Shown: positions 29,265-43,545 of the stretch, piece by piece
How the letters are laid out: every line of letters starts with the position of its first letter
Numbering within the stretch: the stretch's first letter is position 1
Origin: the human T2T-CHM13v2.0 reference genome, Homo sapiens
Reading direction: 5' to 3' (one strand)
Assembly (NCBI RefSeq): GCF_009914755.1
Contig: NC_060934.1
DNA: 64,000 nucleotides
Made by a program: the position numbers and the translations under genes
Notes under the pieces: model-generated
Told to the model about the DNA's origin: nothing
The model's database searches: none
What the model saw: the letters and a program-made list of their open reading frames with translations, nothing else

Positions 29265-31853
29265 TTTTACTTGCAAGCAAGACAAAACTACCTTAGGTTC
29301 GTGATGCTTTCTATAATTTCAGGCCTGAGAGGAAGTGTGATATAATAGAAGAAATGCAGAAAAAGAAGTTAGGAAGTTAGAAGATCTGGAATCCAGGCCA
29401 GGCTCAATGTGTGACATATTGTTCTCCATCCCCCTCATTATACACACCTCTCTTTACCAACTGGGGACTTTGGTTTTACATCTGTAAAATATAGTTTTGG
29501 ACCTGAAGGTCCATTTTAGATCAAACATCTGAGTTCTATTAACAAACAGACACTGTGAGTACAGAATATCATACATGTCCTTCATATTTCCTCGGGCTCT
29601 TTCTGGAATATGCGCAAATTACCTGCTGTGTATATTCTTTGTGAATGTAATACACACTATCCATCGGCAGTACTGGCAACTACACTTGCAGATACATAGA
29701 AACTAATGGTACTTACAAACTAACAGTTAACCTGTCCTTCTTTACTATATTTTATCTCCTATAAAATGAGCCACACTCTCTTAATTTTCTGTGCCGTGAC
29801 TTCAAGCAAAAGCAAATTTTAATTAAGAAAACTGCCCATAGATATAAAAATGTCCTTCTTGATCTTAGGTACTGACTGATCTTAGCAGCTCATCAATAAG
29901 AATCATAAGCTCTAACAAAGTTGTGTCTCACTCTTCTATATCTCCAAAAATTTATCTCAACCTATTTGCCTTGAAAGTGCTCTGCACATACATGTTGCTC
30001 AATAAATTTTCATTTTTCTGTTGATTGGTTGATAATTTTAGTAATGATAATTCTTTGATATTAGTAATAATAATAAAGTAATGCTTGATACTTGGAGGAT
30101 TCTAACGTCCTCCAGTAGAGAACTATTTGGAAATGCTATATGAGTTTAATCCTAAAGTACAAAGAAATCAAAATTGACCTTGTCATTTGTTAACTCTGTC
30201 AGCTTCTCCACTCTTATATTATGCTGTGTATAACACAGTTAATAAAGCAGAAGGTTGGAAATTGCAGCAATTTCTATACTACCTATAAAACAGAACTCCC
30301 AGCTTTCTGCCTGTGTTGAAGCATCAACTTTCTATCATTTCATCCTGTTAACAGTTAAATCAAACAATTCTACACAAGTGGAACAAGTAAAACAACTGCC
30401 TATCAGGATAACAGAGTGCAGGATATGAAAATACATAAACTATTTTTTAAACTGAATGCAAACTCTTACATTCAATAAAGACCATGGAATGGTCCAGTCT
30501 AGTATACTTTATAAGCATATAGCATATCTTAAATGTATGGAATACCAATTATTCAAAATCTGAAGCAACAAATCTTATATAAACTGACTTTTTTTTTTCT
30601 TATAAACTAGGCAGTAAGAATGTATTTTTTTATAATGATCTCCCAGAGGCCTATAATATCTTAAAGTGTGCTGGAAAATAAAAGAAGTAGAGTAGACTTT
30701 GTTTTGTTTCTAAATGAAATGACTTTCATTGAATGCTAAAGTTCTGGTAACTATCAAATTATGACTTATAACTAACTAGTAAATATTTATTGTGTTTCAT
30801 AAAGAAAAAAATGTGCAAGGTCTTTTGAGAAATGCAAAGATAGAGTTGCTTCCATTATGGCTGAATAAGAACAGCTCTGGTCTGCAGCTCCCAGTGAGAT
30901 TGATGCAGAAGATGGGTGATTTCTGCATTTCCAACTGAGGTACCTGGTTCATCTCATTGGGACTGGTTGGACACTGGGTGCAGCACACGGAGGGTGAGCT
31001 GAAGCAGGGCAGGGCATTGCCTCACCCGGGAAGTGCAAGAGGCTGGGGGATTTCCCTTTCCTAGCCAAGGGAAGCCGTGACAGACTGTACCTGGAGGAAC
31101 ATACACTGCAGCCCAAATACTGCACTTTTCCCACAGTCTTAGCAAAGGCAGACCAGGTGATTCCCTCCCATGCCTGGGTCCCATGCCCACAGAGCCTTGC
31201 TCACTGCTGGTGCAGCAGTCTGAGATCAACCTGCAAGGCTGCAGCCTGGCAGAGGGAAGGGCATCCGCCATTGCTGAAGCTTGAGTAGGTAAACAAAGTG
31301 GCCAGGAAGCTCAAACTGCACGGAGCCCACCACAGCTCAGCAAGGCCTACTGCCTCTGTAGACTTCACCTCTGTGGGCAGGGCATAGCTGAACAAAAGGC
31401 AGCAGACAACTTCTGCGACTTAAACATCCCTGTCTGACAGCTCTGAAGAGAGCAGGAGTTCTCCCAGTATGGTGTTTGAGCTCTGAGAACAGATAGACTG
31501 CCTCCTCAAGTGGGTCCCTGACCGCCGTGTAGCCTGACTGGGAGACAACTCCCATTAGGTGCTGACAAACACCTCATACAGGTGGGTGCCCCTCTGGGAT
31601 GAAGCTTCCAGAGAAAGGATCAGGCAGCAATATTTGCTGTTCTGCAGCCTCTGCTGGTGATACCCAGGCAAACAGTGTCTGGAGTGGACCTCCAACAAAC
31701 TCCAAAAGATCTGCAGCTGAGAGGCCTGACTGTTAGAGGGAAAACTAACAAACAGCAAGGAATAGCATCAACAACAACAAAAAGAACATCCATTCCAAAA
31801 CCCCATCTGTAGGTCACCAACATCAAAGACCAAAGGTAGATAAAACTACACAG

Positions 31854-32890
31854 ATGGGGAGAAACCAGAGCAAAAAAGCTGAAACTTCCAAAAACCAGAG
31901 TGCCTTTTCTCCTTCAAAGGATCCCAGCTCCTCACCAGCAATGGAACAAAACTGAACAAAGAATGAGTTTGACAAGTTGACAGAACTAGGCTTCAGAAGG
32001 TCAGTAATAACAAACTTCTCTGAGCTAAAGAAGCATGTTCTAATGCATTGCAAGGAAGCTAAAAACCTTGAAAAAAGGTAAGATGAATGGCTAACAAGAA
32101 TAAACAGTGTAGAGAAGACCTTAAATAACCTGATGGAGCTGAAAACCACAGCAGGAGAACTTCATGATCAAATCATGAGTGAACTCCCATTCACAAGCTT
32201 CAATAGCTGATTCGATCAAGTGAAAGAAAGGGTATCAGCGATTGAAGATCAAATTAATGAAATAAAGTGAGAAGACAAGATTAGAGAAGAAAGAGTGAAA
32301 AGAAATGAACAAAGCCTCCAAGAAATATGGGACTATGTGTAAAGGCAAAATCTACGTTTGATTGGTATACCCGAAAGTGATGGAGAGAATGGAACCAAGC
32401 TGGAAAACACTCTGCAGGATATTATCCAGGAGAACTTCCCCAACCTAGCAAGGTGGCCAACATTCAAATTCAGGAAATATAGAGAACACCACAAAGATAC
32501 TCCTCAAGAAGAGCAACTTCAAGACACATAATTGTCAGATTCACCAAGGTTGAAATGAAGGAAAAAATGTTAAGGGTGGCCAGAGACAAAGGTCGGGTAA
32601 CCCACAAAGGGAAGCCCATCAGATGAGCAGTGGATCTCTCAGCAGAAATCCTAAAAGCCAGAAGAGAGTGGAGGCCAATATTCAACATTATTAAAGAAAA
32701 GAATTTTCAACCCAGAATTTCATATTCAGCCAAACTAAGCTTCATAAGTGAAGGAGAAATAAAATCCTTTTCAGACAAGCAAATGCTGAGAGATTTTATC
32801 ACCACCAGGCCTGCCTTACAAGAGCTCCTGAAGGAAGCACTAAACATGGAAAGGAACAACCAGCCACTGTAAAAACATGCCAAATTGTAA
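31854..32890 (+). pseudogene. L1 ORF1p remnant
   Basis: Starts atggggagaaaccag; C-terminal peptide DLSAEILKARREW...FQPRISY; multiple stops. Confidence 0.92.
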
Positions 32891-32953
32891 AGACCATCGA
32901 TGCTATGAAGAAACTCCATCCATTAATGGGCAAAATAACCAGCTAGCATCATA

Positions 32954-35900
32954 ATGACAGGATCAAAATCATACATAACAACATTAACCATAAATGTAAA
33001 TGGGCTAAATGCCCCAATTAAAAGACACAGACTGGCAAATTGGATAAAGAGTCAAGATCCATCAGTTTGCTGTATTCAGGAGACCAATCTCATGTGCCGA
33101 GACACACATAGGCTCAAAATAAAGGGATGCAGGAAGATCTAACAGGCAAATGGAAAGCTAAAAAAAAGCAGGGGTTGCAATCATAGTCTCTGATAAAACA
33201 GACTTTAACCCAAAAAAGATAGAAAGAAACAAAGAAGGTCATTACATAATGGTAAGGGGATCAATTCAACAAGGAGAGCTAACTATCCTAAATATATATA
33301 TACCCAATACAGGAGCACCCAGATTCATAAAACAAGTACTTAGAGACCTACAAAGAGACTTAGACTCCCACACGATAATAATAGGAGACTTTAACACCCA
33401 CTGTCAATATTAGACAGATCAACGAGACAAAGGGTTAACAAGGATATCCAGGACTTGAACTCAGCTCTGCACCATGCAGACCTAATAGACATCTACAGAA
33501 CTCTCCACCCCAAATCAAAAGAATATACATTCTTCTCAGCACCACATCATACTTATTCTAAAATTGACCAGATAATTGGAAGTAAAACACTCCTCAGCAA
33601 ATGTAAAAGAACAGAAATCACATCAAATTGTCTCTCAGACCACAGTGCAATCAAACTAGAACTCAGAATTAAGAAACTCACTCAAAATGGCACAACTGCA
33701 TGGAAACTGAACAACCTGCTCCTGAATGACTACTGGGTAAATAACAAAATGAAGGCAGATGTAAAGATGTTCTTTGAAACCAATGAAAACCAGACACAAT
33801 GTACCAGAATCTCTGGGACACATTTAAAGCAGTGTGTGAGGGAAGTTTTTAGCACTAAATGTCCATAAGAGAAAGCAGGAAAAATCTAAAATCAACACTG
33901 TAACATCACAATTAAAAGAACTAGAGAAGCAAAAACAAACAAATTCAAAAGCTAGCAGAAGGCAAGAACTAACTCAGATCAGAGCACAACTGAAGGAGAT
34001 AGAGACACAAAAAACCCTTCAATAAATCAATGAATTCAGTAGCTGTTTTTTTGAAAAGATCAACAAAATTGATAGACCACTAGGAAGACTAATAAGAAAA
34101 GAGAGAAGAATCAAATAAACGCAATAAAAAATGATAAAGGGGTATCACCACTGATCCCACAGAAATACAAACTACCATCAGAGAATACTATAAACACCTC
34201 TATGCAAATAAACTAGAAAATGTAGAAGAGATGGATAAATTCCTGGACAAATACACCCTCCCAAGACTAAACCAGGAAGAAGTTGAATCCCTGAATAGAC
34301 CAATAACAGGCTCTGAAATTGAGGCAATAATTAATAGCCTACCAACCAGAAAAAGTCCAGGACCAGACAGATTCACAGCCGAATTCTACCAGAAGTACAA
34401 AGAGGAGTTGGTACCATTCCTTCTGAAACTATTCCAATCAATAGAAAAAGAGAGAGTCCTCCCTAACTCATTTTTTGAGACCAGCAGCATTCTGATACCA
34501 AAGCCTGGCAGAGACACAACAATAAAAAAGAATTTTAGACCAATATCCCTGATGCACATCAATGCGAAGATCCTCAATAAAATACAGTCAAACCGAATCT
34601 AGCAGCACATCAAAAAGCTTATCCACCACAATCAAGTTGACTTCATCCTTGGGATGCAAGGCTGGTTCAACATATGCAAATCAATAAACGTAATCCATCA
34701 CATAAACAGAACCAATGACAAAAACCACATGATTATCTCAATAGATGAAGAAAAGGCCTTTGACAAAATTCAACAGCCCTTCTTGCTAAAAACTCTCAAT
34801 AAACTAGGTATTGATGGGATGTATCTCAAAATAGTAAGAGCTATTTATGACAAACCCACAGCCAATATCATACAGAATGGGCAAAAACTGGAAGCATTCC
34901 CTTTGAAAACCCGCATAAGACAAGGATGCCCTCTCTCACCACTCCTATTCAACATAGTGTTGGAAGTTCTGGCCAGGAAAATCAGGCAAGAGAAAGAAAT
35001 AAAGTGTATTCAGTTAGGAAAACAGGAAGTCAAATTGTCCCTGTTTGCAGATGACATGATTGTATATTTAGAAAACGCCACTGTCTCAGCCCAAAATCTC
35101 CTTAAGCTGATAAGCAACTTCAGCAAAATCTCAGGATACAAAATCAATGTTCAAAAATCACAAGCATTCTTATACACCAATAACAAACAGTCAAATCATG
35201 AGTGAACTCCCATTCACAATCGCTTCAAAGAGAATTAAATACCTAGGAATCCAACTTGCAAGGGATGTGAAGGACCCCTTCAAGGAGAACTACAAACCAC
35301 TGCTCAACAAAATAAAAGAGGACACAAACAAATAAAAGATCACTCCATGCTTATGGATAGGAAGAATCAATATTGTGAAGATGGCCATACTGCCCAAGGT
35401 AATTTATAGATTCAATGCTATCCCTATCAAGCTACCAATGACTTTCTTCACAGAATTGGAAAAAACTACTTTAAACTTCATATGGAACCAAAAAAGAGCC
35501 TGCATAACCAAGACAATCCTAAGCAAAAGAACAAAGCTGGAGGCATCATGCTACCTGACTTCAAACTACATCACAAGGCTACAGTAACCAAAACAGCATG
35601 GTACTGGTACCAAAACAAGACATATAGACGAATGGAAAAGAACAGAGGCCTGAGAAATAACACCACACATCTACAACCATCTGATCTTTGACAAACCTGA
35701 CAAAAACAAGAAATGGGGAAAGGATTCCCTGTTTAATAAATGGTGCTGGGAAAAGTGGCTAGCCATATGTAGAAAGTGAAACTGGATCCCTTCCTTACAC
35801 CTTATACAAAAATTAATTCAAGATGGATTAAAAACTAGACCTAAAACCATAAAAACCCTAGAAAAATACCTAGGTAATACCATTCAGGACATAGGCATCG

Positions 35901-36748
35901 ATAAAGACTTCATGACTAAAATACCAAAAGCAATGGCAACAAAAGCCAAAATTGACAAATGGGATCTAATTAAACTAAAGAGCTTCTGCACAGCAAAAGA
36001 AACTATCATCAGAGTGAACAGGCAACCTACAGAATGGGAGAAAATGTTTCAATCTACCTATCTGACAAAGGGCTAATATCCAGAATCTACAAAGAACTTA
36101 AGCAAATTTACAAGAAAAAAACCATTAAAAAGTGGGCAAATGATATGAACAGACACTTCTCAAAGGAAGACATTTATGCAGCCAACAGACACATGAATAA
36201 ATGCTCATCATCAGTGGTCATCAGAGAAACGCAAATCAAAACCACAATGAGATACCATCTCATGCCAGTTAGAATGGTGATCATTAAAAAGTCAGGAAAC
36301 AACAGACGCTGAAGAGGATGTGGAGAAATAGGAACGCATTTACACTGTTGGTTGGAGTGTAAATTAGTTCAACCATCATGGAAGACGGTGTGGTGATTCC
36401 TCAAGGATTTAGAACTAGAAATACCATTTGACCCAGCCATCCCATTACTGGGTATATACGGAAAAGATTATAAATTGTGCTACTATAAAGACACATGCAC
36501 ACGTAAGTTTACTGTGGCACTATTCACAATAGCAAAGACTTGGAACCAATCCAAATGTCCATCAATGATAGACCAGATTAAGAAAATGTGGCACATATAC
36601 ACCATGGAATACTATGCAGCCATAAAACAAGGATGAGTTCATGTCCTTTGCGGGGACATGGATGAAGCTGGAAACCATCATTCTGAGCAAACTACCACAA
36701 GGACAGAAAACCAAACACTGCATGTTCTCACTCATAGGTGGCAGTTGA
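32954..36748 (+). pseudogene. L1 ORF2p (EN-RT-Cys) remnant
   Basis: MTGS...NVNGLN, CCIQET, SDHSAI (endonuclease); QGCPLSP, FADD (RT); broken into many ORF fragments. Confidence 0.95.
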
Positions 36749-37060
36749 ACAGAGAACACGTGGACACAGCGTGGGGAACATCACACATGGGGCCTGCCAG
36801 GGTTGGGAGGCCGGAGGAGGGATAGCATTAGGAGAAATACCTAATGTAAATGAGGAGTTGATGGGTGCAGCAAACCAACATTGCACATATATACCTATGT
36901 ATCAAACCTGCACGTTGTACACATGTACCCTAGGACTTAAAGTATAATAAAAAAAGAGAAATACAAAGATAAAGAAGATATTTTTTCTTCTTTGAGTTTA
37001 TTACTAAGATGACAAGTGAATCCACAAATATTCCATAATATTCTTAACTCTCCTCAAATA

Positions 37061-37800
37061 AAATTAGCATTCTGTATGATAATAAATCTCATTATGTGAT
37101 GATGAAAGGGACCTTTTAATAATCAGGCTAAAGCAAAGTTTTAAACATTTCTCAGTGGATAAAAAAAAGTCTTAAAAGGAATACATGTTTTTGATGGCAC
37201 CTATTGTTTTCTAAATTAAATACAGATTTGCACATTTGGCATTAATAGCATTTCATACCATAACATCAACCTACTTAATTTTCCCTTATGAGCTCCCAAA
37301 TCATCCCTATTTATGCCACTAATGAGTTCAAATTGAATTTTTGTATTTTCTAAATACACTCTTTGCATTCCAAACTCAGTGCCTTTGCTTATGTTGTATT
37401 CTCTGCTTGAAACATCACTACTTATGAATAAAAATTATATTGGTCTTTAAAGGTTCAAACCCATGTCTGTCACCTTCTTTGAGACTTTCTAATCTCACTG
37501 CCCTTTTCACAATTGTAATGGTGCTTTGCTTGAATCTATATGCCAAGGTATATTTTTGCAAAGTAAAAACATTTGTAAGGTATACACCACTATATAAATA
37601 CCAGTTCTTTTCCTTTTTTTCTCATTTCTTAAAATCTCATATATTTGATAAGTGTTTTCTGTAAGTTAACAATTCTAATGACAGAGACAGAAACATTAAC
37701 CAGAATTTGCAAGAGAGTGACATAAGAACTATAACCAACAGAATAAAGGGACCTTTCATCATCACATAATGAGATTTATTATTATAAAGCATGCCAATTT
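37061..37800. repeat. Dispersed inverted repeat, about 57-bp arms (37061-37118 and 37744-37800)
   Basis: 31-bp perfect core ataataaatctcattatgtgatgatgaaagg (37079-37109) is the reverse complement of 37752-37782. Confidence 0.95.
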
Positions 37801-38536
37801 AATTTTCTTTCTTTATGAAAGAAAAAACAGAAAATAAGCAGCAACAAAAAAATCAAGAATCAAGAAATCCATCTCGGATGATTATGTGGGGATTTGAAGA
37901 ATAAATAGAAATGAAACAGTTGTGTGCTAGTGAAAGTGCATTCCAGCACATGTAACAATATATACCAATGCACAGACTCATGAAAAAGCATAAAGCCTTT
38001 CAAAATCAGCAAGTATTTAGGTTCACCTAGAGTTGTAAGTGAATGAGAATATATGAGTCTAGAAAAACAGCCAGTTAAAACCCAGCCTTAAAAATATCTT
38101 TGAACCTAATTTGAAAAGCATGGCTTGTCTCAAACTGGTATATCAGAAAACCCATCCTGGCCACCATATGAGGCATAAATTAGAGGTATCAGTTTGGAGA
38201 GAAGACATTCATTTAGGTCACTGAGGAATTGTAATCAATAAATACTAAGATATGTAGATCATGGGAATGAAAAGTTGGGCAGCTGTGCTTCATATTAAGG
38301 AAGTGGAATTTTTGAATTTTGTTAGTGGCTTCATAGGAGGTATTGAGAGTTAGAGGAAAAAAATAGGATGAGTGTCAAATTTCTGGTTTCATAACCCAAG
38401 TTGCCACTTGTTGGGCGTGGTTTGATGAGGATGAGCATGTTTGATGGGGAAAATTGCTATTTCTGGCTTGTGGTATGGTGAATATAGGAGGCCTGTGGGA
38501 CTCTCAAGCGAATACACAGTTGGACACACATATCTG

Positions 38537-38728
38537 AGGCCAGGTGAATTCCAACAGAAGGGCCAGTGGCGTCTGAAATCCAGCCTGTGCCCCTAGCACT
38601 GAGGCCTTCACCAGGGCCCAGAGCTGCCTCTATCCAGAGGAAGGGATGTCACGTACTACAGCATCCCTCCAGAGAAGAGGACTTTTTAACATACTTAAAA
38701 GTCCAATTTATGCTAGAGGTGGGCATGT
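38537..38728. mobile_element. MER45-like hAT DNA-transposon fragment
   Basis: ccagagctgcctctatccagaggaaggg and atgctag..gtgg.c.tg end motifs. Confidence 0.5.
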
Positions 38729-39215
38729 GCATCAGAGTGACTGTGGATGGAGATAAATACAGAAGCCATACAGGTAGTCATTTTTAATGGAATATTTTTT
38801 GAAACTGTGAGTAAGGACACAGGTAAGCAGTATAGCCCTTGTGTTCAAATTCTTTTTCCTGTTTTTACCCTCAGGCAAAACAAGTTACCCCTCTAAGGCT
38901 CAGGCTGCTCAATTAAAACTAAAGGCATAAAACACTTAGCTTGGAGTACTGTTATGAGGATTGAGAACAATATGTACACCATGCTTTCACTAAAGATCCT
39001 GGTACCTAGTGAGAAACTCATGCATATAAATACTATTATTATTACTTACCACTATCATCATCTTGTTTACAAATTTTTTGATTTTCCACCCCATTCAGGT
39101 CAGTTATACATGGATGGCATAGGTTGGCTAAGGAGCTGTACCATCTAAGCCCGAGCTTCTTTAGTCAGGCCTGCAAATTGTTTTATTTCCCAGTCTCATG
39201 AATTCTTTTCCTACA

Positions 39216-39630
39216 TGTGGTGGGTAGGACAATGGACCCTCTAAAGATGTTTACATCCAAATCCCTGAAATCTGTGAATATATGACTTTATATGGCAAAA
39301 GTTACTTTGCTGATTTGATGAAGCCAAGATAGGGAGATTACCCTAAATTATCTGAGTAGGCCCAGTTTAATTACCAAGGTCTTTATTAGAGTGAGGAAGG
39401 AGAATTGGGGTCAAAAGAGGACTGTGACAATGGGAACGGAGAGTGGAGTGATGTGGGGCCATGAGTCAAGGAATGCAGGTGGCCTCTGGAAGCTGGAAAG
39501 GGGAAGAAAACAGATTCTGCCATAGAACCTCCTAGAAAGAATGCTGTCACATTTTAGATCTCTAGAGCTGTAAGACAATAAATGTGTGTTGTTTTAAGCC
39601 TCTAAATTTGTGGCAGTAGGAAATAAATAC
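39216..39630 (+). mobile_element. MLT1D-like MaLR LTR
   Basis: ggaatgcaggtggcctctggaagctggaaa; aataaatgtgtgttgttttaagcc. Confidence 0.8.
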
Positions 39631-40097
39631 ATACTCCCAAATTCTCTTTCCAAATCTTGATTGAAGCAATCCCATTTTTTCATTTTATAAGTAACCATAA
39701 ATCATCACATCCTGAAATAGAGCAGATTCTCACCCCTCTTGTTCTTATTTTGTGCACTACATCAGGATGTGAAATTACAAAAATGTCCTTGTTCATATTT
39801 CTCAAATTGTCTTCTTAGGAGCTTTGCATGAAGCCAATTATTGACTTGTAGCTTGTTTGAAATTCAGATGTCAAAGGATTTATGTCTGCTCCCATAAAAT
39901 TCTCTAGGACACATTCCTATTTTCGAATAATATCCCTGAATATCCCAAAGCTTTTAATGTAAATTCAGAAATTAAGCTACATTCAAGCTCATATGATTAC
40001 CATACACATATGCACAAATACGAATACACATAAAGAAGTATCATCTAATTCCTAAAAGTTTACAGTTATCACATTTGGCTTGCCAATTAAAAATATA

Positions 40098-40481
<384 letters not shown>

Positions 40482-41610
40482 TTACTATTAATATAATGTT
40501 CAAAATTGAATCCCTCAGGACTAGCATAATTCTACATACACACATGCACACACACATATATATTTTTCTTTTTGAATAAAGAATGTATCATCAGGAGCTC
40601 AGCTGAGCTATAAATCAGGTATCAGAGAAGCTGATTAAAACAACAAAGAGACAAAATGAGAGTAACACTCTTTAAGCCTTTAATTGCTTACTGCAATGGT
40701 AAAAACAAAGGCTAAAGCCAGAGTAAGTGCCCACCCTCCCTTTTCCATTTTTCCCACAGAATGGAGCACTAGTCTAAGATCGGGTGAATCAACTTAGACA
40801 TAGAGGTCTCTATTCAGGGAGCCCTGAAAAAAAGTCTCTGCCAGTTTTATGGCTCCTGAGCAAAGGGGAAAGGGCTATGAGTTAATAAACACTGGGTGCT
40901 GAGTCAGAATGGAGAGAAATATCTTCATGATTTCCTCCTTTGCACTCCCTTCCTGGTAAGGATGTCTTGACAGAGATGCCTAAAGAAGACCTTGATGAAG
41001 GTTTCAAATAAAGAGGTCTAAGAATAAAGACACTGGGGCTGGGAATGCAAATAGAGGAGGATGTGATGGGTCAGGGGACCCTGAGTCCTTGACTACAACT
41101 CCCTTCAGACACTGCAGTGCATTGAATGTGCGCCAAGTCTGATCTGGGGAGAGCAGCTGAACCCCTGAGAACCCCTGAAGCCTGCCAAGTAAAGCTTTTG
41201 TAAATACCTATGGTCGTGCCTGAAAAATTACATACGGGTTATTTACCAGGGTCCAGATTCCTTAGAATTGAAATTAAACATATATAGAGATGATGTAATT
41301 CTATAAGTCAATTTCTGAACAAATGAGATCCTCAAACTAATTTCTTCATTTCCTATATATGAAAGTTATATCCATGAATTTACTTTCCTAGTTCGACAAG
41401 AATATACTCTTTCCGTATCCTTATGGGTTTTTAACTTAATCAGGGAATTGACTATTTTGTTCTGTAATCAGGAAACTATAGGGCAGTTTCAACTATTGGA
41501 CATCAAAAAATCATGAGTAAGGATACTTTACCTATTTTAATAAGTAAGAGATATTTAATAAGGTATGCAGACAAAATTATTTTTCTAGGAAACTTGTGTT
41601 TAAGACAATT

Positions 41611-41614
<4 letters not shown>

Positions 41615-41667
<53 letters not shown>
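41615..41667. repeat. (TA)n microsatellite
   Basis: Directly visible. Confidence 0.97.
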
Positions 41668-41669
<2 letters not shown>

Positions 41670-41879
41670 TCAGTATTTACTGGGAATCAAAGTTTAGCTG
41701 CAATGTACAGTAGTCCTAAACTTAATGTATTATAGTTGATTCCATTGATTTGAGAGAGCATTTAATCACTCAGAACCTTGACTTTAAGTATTCTGAGATG
41801 AAAATAGCACTTTTTATTTGTTTTTCCCAGTAAAATTTTCATAAACAGCTGTTACTTGCTCTGGTTTAGACAGGTTAAG

Positions 41880-41881
<2 letters not shown>

Positions 41882-41921
<40 letters not shown>
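41882..41921. repeat. (TA)n microsatellite
   Basis: Directly visible. Confidence 0.97.
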
Positions 41922-41924
<3 letters not shown>

Positions 41925-42196
41925 ATTATTATGTATATATTCAACACTTCTAAGTATCTTATTATGCATTAACACAAAAAGAAAAAGCATGACTTAGCTA
42001 ATCTGAGAGTCAGAAAATCTGAAATCCATGGCTTTATTGCATGTATCTTTCATGGCATATTCGATGTAATTTTTGCCACAGTGTGCCCTGATGACTTGAG
42101 CAGCATCTTCTTAAGACGACATAAAAGATCAGAATGAGGATTAACTAGCACAAAAGTGTGATTACACCACACAGTGTTGATTCTCCATCAGCTCTG

Positions 42197-42202
<6 letters not shown>

Positions 42203-42229
<27 letters not shown>

Positions 42230-42507
42230 AGACGGAGTCTTGCTGTCTCCCAGGCTGGAGTGCAGTGGTGCGATCTCGGCTCACTGCAAGCTCCGCTTCC
42301 TGGGTTCACGCCATTCTCCTACCTCAGCCTTCTGAATAGCTGGGACTACAGGCGCCTGCCACCACGCCCGGCTAATTTTTTGTATTATTAGTAGAGACGG
42401 GGTTTCACCGTGTTAGCCAGGATGGTCTCGATCTGCTGACCTTGTGATCTGCCTGCCTTGGCTTCCCAAAGCGCTAGGATTACAGGCGGGAGCCACCGTG
42501 CCCGGCC
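42203..42507 (-). mobile_element. AluY
   Basis: Perfect 15-bp TSD tcagctctgcatttt at 42188-42202 and 42508-42522. Confidence 0.96.
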
Positions 42508-42534
42508 TCAGCTCTGCATTTTAAGAGCAAATAT

Positions 42535-42865
<331 letters not shown>

Positions 42866-43138
42866 TTAAAAAATATACATACATATTTATTTTTAATGAA
42901 TCAGTTTATTTTTCATCAAATTTTGAATAAAAATTAATGCATTTTTGGTCAGATTTATAATAGCTATTGAATAACCTTTATGTGTCTAATTTGTTATCTT
43001 CCAAAATAGAAATCAAAGCTATGCAGGAATGCATCACCTTATTTAGTCACTATATAAAATACAATGTCACAGTGTTTTACATGCATTTTTTGGAAATGTG
43101 GTAGGTAGATCCTTAAAAAAGTAAGTGAATTGCTAGAC

Positions 43139-43545
43139 TGTTGATGAAGACAGCCTAATGTCCCCCTCAGCTTGACTAAATGTTAGATTTATTCCTGACT
43201 ATAGGCCCCTAAGTTCTGTTTTCTTAGAGCACTGACTTTAGAAAACTTTCCATTGTAGACTTACTTTATCCCTTTGAGATATAAAGCCTTTTGTTAGTTT
43301 TATACCGGGAATGTGTTTCTCCAGGACCCAAGATCCTTCCTTTTGACATGTATTAATCAAGAAAAACAGTGCTCCTAGCGGTAATTTTCTGAGGATAGAA
43401 ACCTAGCTCCCACAAGTGCCAATTAGCAAACACAGATGGCCTAATCACATTGTCCAACCTCCTTCCTAATGTGTTCCGTTATTTTTCTACTCACTCATCC
43501 TACTGGTTAAACATTCATGCCTTTTATTTGAGTGGAGTCCTGCCT
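43139..43545 (+). mobile_element. MER31-like ERV1 LTR
   Basis: ccccctcagcttgactaaa, cctgactataggccc and gccaattagcaaacacagatggcc motifs. Confidence 0.6.

Larger units (their letters stand above)
30843..36955 (+). mobile_element. Full-length (~6.1 kb) inactive L1PA6/7-like LINE-1
   Basis: About 1 kb 5' UTR, ORF1, ORF2, 3' UTR and A-tail; 16-bp TSD gagaaat(g/a)caaagata at 30827-30842 and 36956-36971. Confidence 0.97.

Noticed and set aside
30843-36955. Retrotransposition-competent L1
   Set aside because: Both ORFs carry many stops and frameshifts, and the 5' UTR CpGs are decayed.
37061-37800. Novel ~740-bp DNA transposon bounded by TIRs
   Set aside because: Outer ends are the most diverged, there is no TSD, and the interior looks like old L2-type sequence.
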